Below are positions 19,838 to 29,844 of a stretch of 64,000 bases of DNA, one piece after another (the stretch's first letter is position 1; every line of letters begins with the position of its first letter). The notes below the pieces were generated by a model. It ran no database searches. It saw only the letters and a program-made list of their open reading frames with translations, and had not been told where the DNA came from. Origin of the DNA: Candidatus Spyradenecus sp. (lineage in GTDB: Bacteria > Verrucomicrobiota > Verrucomicrobiia > Opitutales > UBA953); contig JAZSKX010000018.1 of NCBI GenBank assembly GCA_045535075.1, positions 96,001-160,000 on the forward strand, given 5' to 3'. Both the position numbers and the translations under genes were made by a program.

Positions 19838-20670
19838 TGCCGCCTTCCGAAAAATATCGCGGACGCATCGCTCCGACGCCGACCGGATTGCTCCACCTCG
19901 GGCACGCACGCACATTTGCTCTCGCCGCCGAACGCTGCCGCCAAGCCGCGGGAACGCTTATTTTTCGTATTGAAGATTTGGATACATTACGCTGTAAAAA
20001 ACATTTTGCGACAGCCGCCGCTGAAGACTTAAAGTCGATCGGTATTTCCTGGGACGAAGGCCCGGACATCGGAGGTCCCTATGCCCCCTACACTCAATCG
20101 GAAAACCTATCTTATTTTCTCGAAATCTGGAAAAAACTGAAAGAAACAGGCGCCATTTATCCGTGCCGCCGTTCCCGCAAAGATGTTGCCGCCGCCGCAC
20201 GCGCACCGCATCCCGAAGATGAAAATGCAGAACCGATTTTCCCGCCGGAATGGCGCCCGTCCGACCTGAATTGCGGGAAAAATTTTCAAGAACCCGGAGA
20301 TTACAATTGGCGTTTCCGAGTCCCGGACGGCGAAATCATTTCATTTACGGACGCACTTTGCGGAGAACAAAAATTCATCGCGGGAAAAGATTTCGGCGAC
20401 TTTGTCGTTTGGCGGCGCGACGGCGTTCCCGCGTATGAACTGGCAGTCGTCGCCGATGACATTCGTATGAAAATCACGGAAGTTGTCCGAGGAGAAGACT
20501 TACTCAAATCGACGGCTCGCCAAATTTTAATCTATCGGGCTTTGGGAGCAATTCCTCCCGCGTGGGCACATGCACCTCTCGTTTTAGACGAAAACGGAAA
20601 ACGTCTTGCAAAACGTAGCAATGCCCTTTCAATTCGGGCCCTAAAAACAAAAAATTCCCGCGTGATTTAA
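19837..20670 (+). CDS. gluQ: tRNA glutamyl-Q(34) synthetase
   Basis: GRIAPTPTGLLHLGH, RIEDLD, VVRGEDL and RLAKR; no anticodon-binding domain. Confidence 0.88.
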   Translation: MPPSEKYRGRIAPTPTGLLHLGHARTFALAAERCRQAAGTLIFRIEDLDTLRCKKHFATAAAEDLKSIGISWDEGPDIGGPYAPYTQSENLSYFLEIWKKLKETGAIYPCRRSRKDVAAAARAPHPEDENAEPIFPPEWRPSDLNCGKNFQEPGDYNWRFRVPDGEIISFTDALCGEQKFIAGKDFGDFVVWRRDGVPAYELAVVADDIRMKITEVVRGEDLLKSTARQILIYRALGAIPPAWAHAPLVLDENGKRLAKRSNALSIRALKTKNSRVI

Positions 20671-20687
20671 CACGCGGGAATTTTTTG
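20650..20687. terminator. Bidirectional terminator (ATTCCCG variant pair)
   Basis: AAAAATTCCCGCGTG-atttaa-CACGCGGGAATTTTT between convergent gluQ and nuoN. Confidence 0.8.
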
Positions 20688-20713
20688 CGGAAATTAAATC
20701 TCTGCTACTACTT

Positions 20714-22267
20714 TTACGCGATAACGGCAAAATAGATGAGAGAACCCAAAACCGTCAACGCCGAGAAAAACACGAGCGACGTACGCGCCCCGATTCCGGG
20801 AAGGAGCAAAGCGGGAGCATCCGCGGGGACTTCACCGTCGTCCGTCGCAAAGACAGAGCGAATCCAAGCGAAGTAGTAGTAAACACTTGCAACAACGCAT
20901 GCGAGCATGATTGCAGCGGGAACGTAAAGCCCGGCGTAGAACACGACCCAGAGAATTCCGAGCTTCGTAATAAATCCGACCGTCGGCGGAATTCCCGCGA
21001 GCGAAGCCAAGCCGGAAGCCACCGCTCCGGCAAGCACGGGAGAGCGCTTCGCCAAACCGCGAAAATCGCCGAAATCCTGCATTGCTTCGTCTCCGGCACT
21101 TGCGGGAACGCGTGCCATGACCGAGAAAATCGGATACTGCGAAAGCACGTAGAAGACCATGTAGAGCAGAATTGCCCAAGCCATCGGCTCCACAGCAGAC
21201 GGAGCATCATCGAAGACTCCGTCATTCGCAATTTTAAGAAAAGCCAAAATTCCGAGCATCATATAGCTTGCGTGGGAAACGCCGGAAAGCCCGAGCAGAC
21301 GCTTAACTTTACGCTGTCCGAGCGCCGCAAGATTCGCGTAAACCATAGAAATCAGCGTCAGAATAAGCAGAATCGGGAAAAGCGAAGCAAAAATCGGCTC
21401 AAACACCATAAGCAAAATAATCATCATTATAAACCCGACCGCCTTGGAGACGGTTGCGAGGAAAAACGTAACGTGCAACGGTGCGCCCTGATACGTGTCC
21501 GGGATCCAAAACTGCATCGGGAAAATGCCGAATTTAAACATCACGCCGGCAAGAACCATTCCCGCGCCGACCAATGCAATCGGATTTGCCGGATCTGCCG
21601 CAAGCATACGCGCCACGGCTTCATAGCCGAGCCAATCCATTCCCGCGCCTGCGCCTACACCCGCGAGCGCCGTCGCGCCGTAGAGCAAAACGATTCCGAA
21701 AAGCATCAAGCCTCCGGAAACGCCGCCGGCAATCAGGTATTTTACGCCGGCTTCCAACGAGGCAACATTCGTACGATAAGAACCGACAAGCGCGTAGAGC
21801 GAAACGGTCAGCGTCTCAAGCAGGACAAAAAATGCCACGAAATTTGATGCTTTCGTCAGCGCCATCGCCGCCGCTGTTGCAACAAGAATCAAATGATTCG
21901 TAATCGGCGCGGAAAATTCCGTTCGTTCCCGCACAACCTTGCCGACGAAAACCGTCAGAAACGCGCAAACCAGGAAAAACGGCACCGTCAGGACTTCCGC
22001 AAAATCCGAAAGCCCGAAAATATTACGGGAACTGACTTCGCAAACAGCAGGGTCTCCGCTCACAGCACCCGCAATCGCCGTTGCGGTAAAACATCCGGCA
22101 ATCAAAAGTCCGCAATACGTCGCCGCCGTGCTGATGTTCCCGCGATCCTTGGGGCACCAAACGTCCAGCGCCAAAACGATAAGTGCGAACACCGCGAGCA
22201 CGATTTCCGGCAAAAACGCGCTGACGAGCGTGCTTGTCGGCTGCCAAACTTCAATGAATTCGTTCAT
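20714..22267 (-). CDS. nuoN: NADH-quinone oxidoreductase subunit N
   Basis: EAGVKYLI.G, FK.G.FP.QFW.PDTYQGAP and SLAGIPPT.GF. Confidence 0.88.
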   Translation of the reverse strand: MNEFIEVWQPTSTLVSAFLPEIVLAVFALIVLALDVWCPKDRGNISTAATYCGLLIAGCFTATAIAGAVSGDPAVCEVSSRNIFGLSDFAEVLTVPFFLVCAFLTVFVGKVVRERTEFSAPITNHLILVATAAAMALTKASNFVAFFVLLETLTVSLYALVGSYRTNVASLEAGVKYLIAGGVSGGLMLFGIVLLYGATALAGVGAGAGMDWLGYEAVARMLAADPANPIALVGAGMVLAGVMFKFGIFPMQFWIPDTYQGAPLHVTFFLATVSKAVGFIMMIILLMVFEPIFASLFPILLILTLISMVYANLAALGQRKVKRLLGLSGVSHASYMMLGILAFLKIANDGVFDDAPSAVEPMAWAILLYMVFYVLSQYPIFSVMARVPASAGDEAMQDFGDFRGLAKRSPVLAGAVASGLASLAGIPPTVGFITKLGILWVVFYAGLYVPAAIMLACVVASVYYYFAWIRSVFATDDGEVPADAPALLLPGIGARTSLVFFSALTVLGSLIYFAVIA

Positions 22268-22286
22268 TTTTTTGAGAAATTAAAGG

Positions 22287-23864
22287 TTATTGTTGCGGAG
22301 CAACGGGAACGGGAACGGGAGCCGACTCAACTTCTGCGGGAGCGGCTTTTGCAAAACTTTGTTCCAGTGCAGGGTTAAGTTCGTCCGTTACAAGCGACGG
22401 GATAAAGCCGACAGCAACAAGCGCCGCAAAAAGCAGGAGCGCGGGAACGCGTTCTGCAGGCGTAATGTCCTTGATCGCGCCGAATTTTTCTTCAGGCAAG
22501 TTCTCCGGATTCGGTTGTCCGTAAAACACGCGAGCCACGGCGCGCAAACCGTAAATCGCAGAAATTACGATAGAGATAATGACAAATGCAATCAGCCAGA
22601 ACGGCTTCAGGCTTGCGAGGGAAACGAAAATCGAAAGTTCTCCCCAGAAATTTGCAAAGCCCGGCAAACCGATGCTCGCCATCATTGCGGCAACAAAAAA
22701 CGCAGCGAGAACCGGAGCCTGCGACGCGAGCCCGCCCATTTTCGACATATCGAGCGTTCCCGTGCGATCGGCAACCGACTGCGTCAAATGGAAAAGCAAC
22801 GCAACGGAAAGCCCGTGGGCAAACATCATCATAACCGCAGCGCCCAAGCCCGTAAGGTCTCCGCCGCTAAATGCGAAGGCAGCGATACCGAGGAAAATCG
22901 GCCCCATGTGCATCACGGACGAATACGAAATCATGTGCTTCAAATCGCGCTGAACCATCGTAATCAAGCCGATGACGAGAATGTTTCCGAGTGCAAGCAC
23001 GAGAATCCATTGCGACCAGCTTGCCAAGCCTAGCGGCAAAAACGCCGCGCCGATTTGAACCAAACCGTAAAGTCCGAACTTTTTCAGAACACCGGCGTGA
23101 AGCATCGAAACCGGAGTCGGAGCAGCGGAATACGTATCCGGAGCCCAAGAATGGAACGGAAACAGCGAAACCAGAATTCCGAAACCGAAGAGCAAAAGCC
23201 CGAAGACGGTCGATTGCGTTCCCGCGTCCAAATTCAGAATCGCATTTTTCAGAGAAATAAAGTCAAAGGCTTGCGCCGGCGTAAGCACGTAGAAATAAAC
23301 CAATCCGGCGAGCGAAATCATCGCGCCGAGAGTCAAATAAACCGCCATTGTAATCGCGGTCGACTTTTTTGCATATCCGCCCCAAACGAGAATAGCAATG
23401 AACGTCGGAATCAGGGCGAATTCGTGAAAAATATAAAATGCGAAAATATCAACCGAAGCGAAAAGTCCGAGCAGCCCCGTTTGAATGAAAAGCAGAGTCG
23501 CGTAATAAAGCGTAGGCATATTCGGAGTCTTCGCCCAAATCGCACGCATTCCCGCAGCGAGTCCGACGATTGCCGCCATTGCAAAAAGCGGAAGCGAAAT
23601 CCCGTTCAGTCCGAGCTTCAGCCAAACGCCGAGATTTTCCGCACCGAGCCATTTGCATTCGGAGAAAAACGCGTAGCCCGTAGCGGCATCTTTCGATCCC
23701 GCGAACAGGCAGCAAAGCGCGACGGCAATCAGGCAGGGAAGCGCGAAGCCGACGAACGCAATAAACTTACGGACGGCGACAGGAGCGCTTTTCGCCAAAA
23801 ACAACACCACACTCGCGGCAAGCGGTGCGGCAACGGCGGTTTGGAGAAGATATGCAGAGCTCAT
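22287..23864 (-). CDS. nuoM: NADH-quinone oxidoreductase subunit M
   Basis: PFHSWAP..Y..APT..SMLHAGVLKK, YSSVMHMG, AHGL and GLPGFANFWGE. Confidence 0.88.
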   Translation of the reverse strand: MSSAYLLQTAVAAPLAASVVLFLAKSAPVAVRKFIAFVGFALPCLIAVALCCLFAGSKDAATGYAFFSECKWLGAENLGVWLKLGLNGISLPLFAMAAIVGLAAGMRAIWAKTPNMPTLYYATLLFIQTGLLGLFASVDIFAFYIFHEFALIPTFIAILVWGGYAKKSTAITMAVYLTLGAMISLAGLVYFYVLTPAQAFDFISLKNAILNLDAGTQSTVFGLLLFGFGILVSLFPFHSWAPDTYSAAPTPVSMLHAGVLKKFGLYGLVQIGAAFLPLGLASWSQWILVLALGNILVIGLITMVQRDLKHMISYSSVMHMGPIFLGIAAFAFSGGDLTGLGAAVMMMFAHGLSVALLFHLTQSVADRTGTLDMSKMGGLASQAPVLAAFFVAAMMASIGLPGFANFWGELSIFVSLASLKPFWLIAFVIISIVISAIYGLRAVARVFYGQPNPENLPEEKFGAIKDITPAERVPALLLFAALVAVGFIPSLVTDELNPALEQSFAKAAPAEVESAPVPVPVAPQQ

Positions 23865-24004
23865 GCTAATAATTTTTTGCAATCATAGACCAATTCGGCG
23901 TTCCTTTCAAGAACGTTCCCGCCTCCGCATAAGTGTCCGCCTGCAAAATCATCTGCCCCCCGACGTTGCTTTGTATTGATTTAAAGAGTCAGATGAAATC
24001 TAAT

Positions 24005-26203
24005 ATGCGGATGATTTTTTTACGGGGAATTTCTTTTTTTCTGCTTTCGGCGACAACGGTTTTTGCGATTCCGCTTGCGCCCCTCGGAGAAGTTCCCGTT
24101 GATTGGCCGGGGAATGAGGTATTCCCGAACCGGACGGAAGCCCGCGCCGGAGAGCACGATGCCGAGCTCGGAAACGGAGTCGTAAACCTTAAAATCCGGG
24201 AGGGAAATTTCATTTTTGATCTCGCGGGAACGCCGGTTTTGCTCAACGAACTTGCGTCCGTTGAAATTGAAGCCCCGAACGGAACGCGGGAACGCCTTTT
24301 ATTCAAACGCATTTCCCCGTATTCAAAACAGGAATACAAGGCGCCGGAAATCCCGGTTCGCCACGCGGACGCGCTCAAGGAGGCGGGAACACTTTTAAGC
24401 GCCGATTTTGAAAACGAAGAAAAGCAGATTCGCCTGCATTGGGAAATTTTGCTCCGCGGGAACGCCCCGTACTTCACCCAGCGATTTTTATTTTCCCGCA
24501 CGGAAAATGCGCCCGAATCAGAATCGATCCGTCTTGTTTCAATCCGCCTCGGAAAATTCGCGACGGAAAACGCCGAAGCCGTACACACCGTCGGGAAAGT
24601 CCCGGGCTCTCCCGTCGCCCTAAACGAAAATATCCTTTGCGGAATCGAACAACCGCGTTTTGAGTTGAAAAAACTCGACGACGGGAAACACGTCGCGCTT
24701 GAGCTTGAGTGCAATCTGACGGTCAAAAGCGCAGAAACACCGCTTAAACTCTCGTCGATGATCGGGCATTTCCCGAAAGAACAACAACGCCGAGCGTTCA
24801 ATTTCTATCTCGAACGGGAACGTGCCGCGCCCTCGCGCCACTTTCTGCTCTATAACGGCTGGTATGATTTCGGACTTTCTCCTTCGGAAAAAACGCTCGT
24901 CGAAGCCGTCAATGCCTACGGGAACGAACTCGTAACAAAACGCAACGTTGACCTTGACGCGATTGTCCTCGACGACGGCTGGGACAATCCCACTCAGGAA
25001 CTTTGGGCTCCGTCGAAGACGACATTCCCGAACGGCTTTCGCCCGATTCGAGAAAACGCGGAAAAATTCGGCGCCGGCTTCGGCATTTGGATTTCTCCCT
25101 CCGGCGGCCACTTCGGCGTTGCGGAGCGTTTGGAATCCTGCCGAAAAATTGACGGTGTCTCGGAAGATGCGCTTGCGTTCGACCTTGCCGATCCCGTCTA
25201 CAAAAAATGGTTTGCCGAAAAATGCCGCTCGCTCATGGTCGACGACGGTGTTGTCTATTTCAAATGGGATCGCATCGGAGAAAGTTTTTCCCGACATTTT
25301 TTTAATTTAATAGACATTGCAGACGATCTGCGAAAAATCCGTCCGGAATTGTTCATCAACGCAACAAGCGGAACCTGGCCGTCGCCGTTTTGGCTAAACC
25401 ACGTAGATTCGACTTGGCGCGGCGGAGCCGACATTGCTTTTTACAATCAGAATATCGGCGACAAGCGCGACCAGTGGATTAGCTACCGGGACAGCGAACT
25501 TATCGAAAACGTTATCCGCCGTGCGCCGCTCTACCCGATAAACTCCGTCATGCACCACGGGATCGCGCTCGGAACTCATTATCAGGGAGCAGTTTGCGCC
25601 GAAGCCGGCAACAACTTGCACCGGGAGATTTTCTCTTACTTTGCGCTCGGCGCCAATCTGCAGGAACTTTACATAGATTTCCATCTCCTGTCGGAGAAGC
25701 CGGAAAACTCAAAAGCTTGGGCACTTCGGGAAATTCGCCCGAAAGCCAACAAGTCCGCAGACATCAACGCGACCCGCAAAGCGATTCGCCAAGCCCGCTG
25801 GATTCCGGGAAATCAAGTTTGGGACTGCATCGCGGAAGCCTCGGCCTGGGCACAAAAAAATGCAGCCGCGCTCGTCGACATGCATTGGGTTGCGGGAACG
25901 CCGAGCAATCCGCCCGGCGCCTATGCTTTTGCCGGCTGGCATCGCGGGAACGGCGTAATTTACTTACGCAATGCCTCGGATAAAACTTCGGACATTGAAT
26001 TTTCTCCGGACGAAGCGTTTGAGCTCCCGCCGAGTGAAGATCCGAACGCGGCCTACTCGCTTCGTACCGCTTATGTTTACGGGAACGAATCCTATCGCGA
26101 TCCGGAAGCCGCCGTTCCCGCGAAAGAAAAAATTCGCTTCACGCTGAATCCGCTTGAAGTCCGCATTCTGGAAGCCCGGCGCACAACGAACCCGACAAAG
26201 TAA
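24005..26203 (+). CDS. Secreted clan-D (GH27/GH36-like) glycoside hydrolase
   Basis: Signal peptide; YNGWYD, VLDDGWD, GIWISP and YFKWD motifs. The exact start is uncertain. Confidence 0.7.
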   Translation: MRMIFLRGISFFLLSATTVFAIPLAPLGEVPVDWPGNEVFPNRTEARAGEHDAELGNGVVNLKIREGNFIFDLAGTPVLLNELASVEIEAPNGTRERLLFKRISPYSKQEYKAPEIPVRHADALKEAGTLLSADFENEEKQIRLHWEILLRGNAPYFTQRFLFSRTENAPESESIRLVSIRLGKFATENAEAVHTVGKVPGSPVALNENILCGIEQPRFELKKLDDGKHVALELECNLTVKSAETPLKLSSMIGHFPKEQQRRAFNFYLERERAAPSRHFLLYNGWYDFGLSPSEKTLVEAVNAYGNELVTKRNVDLDAIVLDDGWDNPTQELWAPSKTTFPNGFRPIRENAEKFGAGFGIWISPSGGHFGVAERLESCRKIDGVSEDALAFDLADPVYKKWFAEKCRSLMVDDGVVYFKWDRIGESFSRHFFNLIDIADDLRKIRPELFINATSGTWPSPFWLNHVDSTWRGGADIAFYNQNIGDKRDQWISYRDSELIENVIRRAPLYPINSVMHHGIALGTHYQGAVCAEAGNNLHREIFSYFALGANLQELYIDFHLLSEKPENSKAWALREIRPKANKSADINATRKAIRQARWIPGNQVWDCIAEASAWAQKNAAALVDMHWVAGTPSNPPGAYAFAGWHRGNGVIYLRNASDKTSDIEFSPDEAFELPPSEDPNAAYSLRTAYVYGNESYRDPEAAVPAKEKIRFTLNPLEVRILEARRTTNPTK

Positions 26204-26220
26204 TTTTTTATTAAATACAA

Positions 26221-27099
26221 ATGGAACTGATTAACGGAAACGAAATTGCGAAACAGGTTCTCGGCGAACTGAAAGAGAAAGTTGCCGAGATCGCCAGCGG
26301 CGGACTCATCCCGCACATTGTCGTCATGCGCGTCGGAAATGATCCCGCGAGCATTTCCTATGTAAACAAAAAAGAAAAAACGGCTCAGGAAATCGGAATG
26401 AAAAGCACCGTAAAGCTTTTTCCGGAAACAATTTCCCAAGCGGAACTCGAAAGCGAAATCGATGCGCTCAACGCCGACAAAAGTGTTCACGGAATCCTGA
26501 TTCAGGCTCCGCTTCCCGCACACATCAACGAAACGGAAATTTTTAACCGTGTCCTCCCGGAGAAAGACGTAGACGGCTTCTCGACCGCAAACATCGGGCG
26601 TCTTATCCAAGAACTTCCCGAAGCATTCGCCGCGTGCACTCCGGCAGGAATCATTGAATTGCTTGAACGCTCCGGCGTTGAAACCGCAGGGAAGCACGCA
26701 GTTGTTGTCGGGCGTTCCCTCATCGTCGGAAAGCCGGTTTCGGTCCTCTTGCTTTCGAAAAAATCAAACGCTACCGTTACGGTTTGCCATTCCCGCACAC
26801 GGGATCTCGCCGCCGTCACGCGCCAAGCGGATATTCTTATCGCGGCTATCGGACGCCCCAATTTCATTACAAAAGAAATGGTTAAGCCCGGAGCCGTCAT
26901 TATCGATGTCGGCATCAACCGCGTTCCCGACGCTTCGAAGAAAAGCGGATTCCGTCTCGTCGGCGACGTCGATTTTGAAAATGTTTCCCCGCTTTGCGAA
27001 AAAATTACACCCGTTCCCGGCGGAGTCGGGCCGATGACGGTCGCAATGCTGATGAAAAACACCGTTGCGGCTTGCCTACTCCAAAATAAAGCCCGCTAA
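26221..27099 (+). CDS. folD: Methylenetetrahydrofolate dehydrogenase/cyclohydrolase
   Basis: [15 protein letters not shown] and [15 protein letters not shown]. Confidence 0.96.
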   Translation: MELINGNEIAKQVLGELKEKVAEIASGGLIPHIVVMRVGNDPASISYVNKKEKTAQEIGMKSTVKLFPETISQAELESEIDALNADKSVHGILIQAPLPAHINETEIFNRVLPEKDVDGFSTANIGRLIQELPEAFAACTPAGIIELLERSGVETAGKHAVVVGRSLIVGKPVSVLLLSKKSNATVTVCHSRTRDLAAVTRQADILIAAIGRPNFITKEMVKPGAVIIDVGINRVPDASKKSGFRLVGDVDFENVSPLCEKITPVPGGVGPMTVAMLMKNTVAACLLQNKAR

Positions 27100-27105
27100 C
27101 ACGCA

Positions 27106-27744
27106 ATGAACCAGCCGCCGCCGTTGCCGCCGGAGATTCTTCGTCGCATCTCGGACACAAAACTGCCGCCGCCCGCCCCGCTCTTTCCGCGGGCGTTGGC
27201 ATTTTTTGCGGACGCGCTCCTGGCGGCGTTGCTTGCCTCTTTGGCAATTCATTTGCTGGTTCCCGTCGTCGTTCCCGAAGCGTTCCCGATTTTCTCGGAA
27301 ACCATGCAAGCGCTTTGGAACGACTACAGAACGGCGACCGAAGAAGCGGCTCGCGGGAACACGGAGTTTGCAACGGCGTTCTTCCGAAGCATTCCGCAGC
27401 GGGTACAAAGCGAAGCCGTTCGGGAAACGATAAGTTTCATCACGATAACAGCGACGCTCGTTACGCTCGCTTATTTTGTAATCGCCGAGCGAATCACACG
27501 CGGCTCATCGCTCGGGAAAAAAATCTTCCGTCTGCGCGTTGTCTCAACACTCACGGGCGAGCCGCCGCGCCTGATTCAAACAATTTCCCGCTCGCTTTGG
27601 CGCGCCTGCTCCGTCGCTCCCGTAGGAATTTTGATAACGATAATCGTCACCATCAACGCTCACGTTCCGTTTTTTTCCTATCGCCGCCGCGCTTGGCACG
27701 ACAAGCTTGCGCACACGGAAGTTGTTGACGATAAAGTTGCTTAA
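27106..27744 (+). CDS. RDD family membrane protein
   Basis: R.LAFFAD, G.SLGKKIFRLRVV and RRAWHDKLA.T.V. Confidence 0.85.
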   Translation: MNQPPPLPPEILRRISDTKLPPPAPLFPRALAFFADALLAALLASLAIHLLVPVVVPEAFPIFSETMQALWNDYRTATEEAARGNTEFATAFFRSIPQRVQSEAVRETISFITITATLVTLAYFVIAERITRGSSLGKKIFRLRVVSTLTGEPPRLIQTISRSLWRACSVAPVGILITIIVTINAHVPFFSYRRRAWHDKLAHTEVVDDKVA

Positions 27745-27756
27745 AATCATCTCACA

Positions 27757-28722
27757 ATGCCGCTCATCCTCGTCAGCGAAGAAGACTCCAAAGCTCCGCT
27801 TCCCGGCGAAGGGCGCATTCGCCAATTCTGCGATTTTTTAAAGCACGAACGCCGCCTTTCCCGCTACACCGTGCGCAATTACGACGGAGCACTTCGGGAT
27901 TTCGTATGCTGGGCAAAAGACGCCTGCGGATTTAACGGAGATTTCTCGAAAATTTCTCGCCGCGACGTTCGGGACTTCATTATTGAGCGACAAAACGACA
28001 ACTCTGCGGGAGCGCGCCTTTCCCGCAGGACAATCCACAATCGGGTCTCCGCGTTACGCACGTTTTACCGTTTTTTAAGAACCCGGAAAATCGTCGAAGC
28101 CTCGCCGATGACGGCACTCGTTTTGCCGAAACTCCCCAAAAGCCTACCGAAATTTTTGACGGAAAAACAAATTTCCGAATTACTCAAAATGCCGGCAATC
28201 GCGCTGGAACAAGGGCTTATTTCGGAATCGGAATTTATTCGCGACACTGCCGCGTTCGAAACTCTTTACGGCGGAGGTTTGCGTATCAGCGAACTTTGCG
28301 GGCTCACCGTCTCCCGCATCAATTTTTCTGCGGAAACGCTCCGCGTCTTAGGAAAAGGCAACAAAGAGCGCGTCGTTCCCGTAGGACACATCGCAATAAG
28401 CGCTCTGCGGGAACAACTCAACGCACTTGGGAATCCGGAAAATCAGGCTTACGTTTTTCCGGCAAAACGCGGCGGGGCTCTTTCTCCGCAAACCCTTCAG
28501 TTACGACTAAAAAAATACCTGAAGCTCGCCGGACTTCCGATGGACATCACGCCGCACAAAATCCGCCACAGCTGTGCGACCCACATGCTTGATCACGACG
28601 CGGATTTGCGCCTCGTTCAGGAACAACTCGGACACGTCAATCTCTCGACAACGCAAATCTACACGCACGTCACGCTTGCCCGCCTGAAACAAGCCTACAA
28701 AAAAGCGCATCCGCGAGCATGA
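27757..28722 (+). CDS. xerC: Tyrosine recombinase XerC/XerD family
   Basis: RD.A..E.LYG.GLRISEL, GKGNKERVVP, TPHKIRHSCATH and LGH.NLSTTQIYTH. Confidence 0.82.
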   Translation: MPLILVSEEDSKAPLPGEGRIRQFCDFLKHERRLSRYTVRNYDGALRDFVCWAKDACGFNGDFSKISRRDVRDFIIERQNDNSAGARLSRRTIHNRVSALRTFYRFLRTRKIVEASPMTALVLPKLPKSLPKFLTEKQISELLKMPAIALEQGLISESEFIRDTAAFETLYGGGLRISELCGLTVSRINFSAETLRVLGKGNKERVVPVGHIAISALREQLNALGNPENQAYVFPAKRGGALSPQTLQLRLKKYLKLAGLPMDITPHKIRHSCATHMLDHDADLRLVQEQLGHVNLSTTQIYTHVTLARLKQAYKKAHPRA

Positions 28723-28766
28723 AAAAGCTCGGCAGACGCGCAAAAAGAATGCCCGTTCGGCATCCG

Positions 28767-29174
28767 TCAAATTACTTTCGTCCCGTGTGTAGCCGTTACC
28801 TTAATGGAAATCCCGCCTCGGGCGCCGAAATCGCCAACCACTTCACACCAAACGGGATCTAAGGTTTTCACCAAATCATCCAAAATCTGATTGGTTACAT
28901 GTTCGTGAAATGTCCCTTCGTTGCGATACGACCAAAGGTAAAGTTTGAGCGACTTGGACTCGACGATTTTTTCCGCGGGAATGTAGCGAATCGTAATCGT
29001 TGCAAAATCAGGCTGCCCGGTTGCCGGGCAAACACAGGTAAATTCCTCCGTTCTCAACTCGACAATATACGGGCGTTGGCGATTGTGATTCGGGAACGCT
29101 TCAAGCGTGCGCGAAGGAAGGTTGCGCGTCGCTCCGATGGAGAGATTCTTCAGGTCTTCTGGCTGAGTAAGCAT
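28767..29174 (-). CDS. queF: NADPH-dependent preQ0 reductase
   Basis: EFTCVCPATGQPDFA, VESKSLKLY, FHE and RGGI. Confidence 0.93.
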   Translation of the reverse strand: MLTQPEDLKNLSIGATRNLPSRTLEAFPNHNRQRPYIVELRTEEFTCVCPATGQPDFATITIRYIPAEKIVESKSLKLYLWSYRNEGTFHEHVTNQILDDLVKTLDPVWCEVVGDFGARGGISIKVTATHGTKVI

Positions 29175-29175
29175 T

Positions 29176-29808
29176 TTAACAATGAATTTTAGCGAGCGTT
29201 TCCTGCATGCGTGCGGTGATCTCATCCCACGCTTCCGCTTCAATTAATTCTTCCGGGCAAATCCAAGACGCACCGCAAGCGATTACGTCCGGAATTTCAA
29301 GCCACGTTGCAATGTTGTCGGCATCAATTCCGCCTGTTGCAACCACTTTGACTCCTTTGTGCCGGAACGCCGAAAGAATCGCTTTCAGCATTTCCGGTCC
29401 CAGGACGGTTGCGGGGAAGAAATTCTGCACTTCGCACCCTTGCAAAAGCGAACGCGAGAGATTGGACGGCGTCATCATTCCGGGAATAATGGGCAATCCG
29501 GCTGCGTGTGCAGCATCAACAACAATCGGATCGAATCCCGGAGCCAACGCGAAACGCGCTCCCGCAAGATGAGCGGCACTGACTTCGTCCACTCCGGTAA
29601 CCGCTCCGGCGCCCACATAAACCTCCGGAAACGTCGTAGCAATTGCGTGAATGGATTCCGCAGCATTCGGCGACTGAAAGGAGACGGAAACAATATCGCT
29701 TCCCCCGGCAAGGAGCGCTTGCGCGAGGGGAATAGCTTTTTCCGGATTTTCAATCGTCGCAAACGGAATAATCCGCAACTCAGAAAGATGTTCGATAACG
29801 CTTTCCAT
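29176..29808 (-). CDS. eda: KDPG/KHG aldolase family protein
   Basis: VGAGAV, AGARF..APG, PG.MTPS, FFPA and TGGI; several canonical residues have diverged. Confidence 0.75.
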   Translation of the reverse strand: MESVIEHLSELRIIPFATIENPEKAIPLAQALLAGGSDIVSVSFQSPNAAESIHAIATTFPEVYVGAGAVTGVDEVSAAHLAGARFALAPGFDPIVVDAAHAAGLPIIPGMMTPSNLSRSLLQGCEVQNFFPATVLGPEMLKAILSAFRHKGVKVVATGGIDADNIATWLEIPDVIACGASWICPEELIEAEAWDEITARMQETLAKIHC

Positions 29809-29844
29809 AGACTTATTCTTTCACGAGAGTTTACACTATCAAAA

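Noticed and set aside
27757..28722. Tyrosine recombinase as a prophage or island integrase
   Set aside because: XerC-like size and motifs, housekeeping context (folD-RDD), and no att repeats or phage genes seen.
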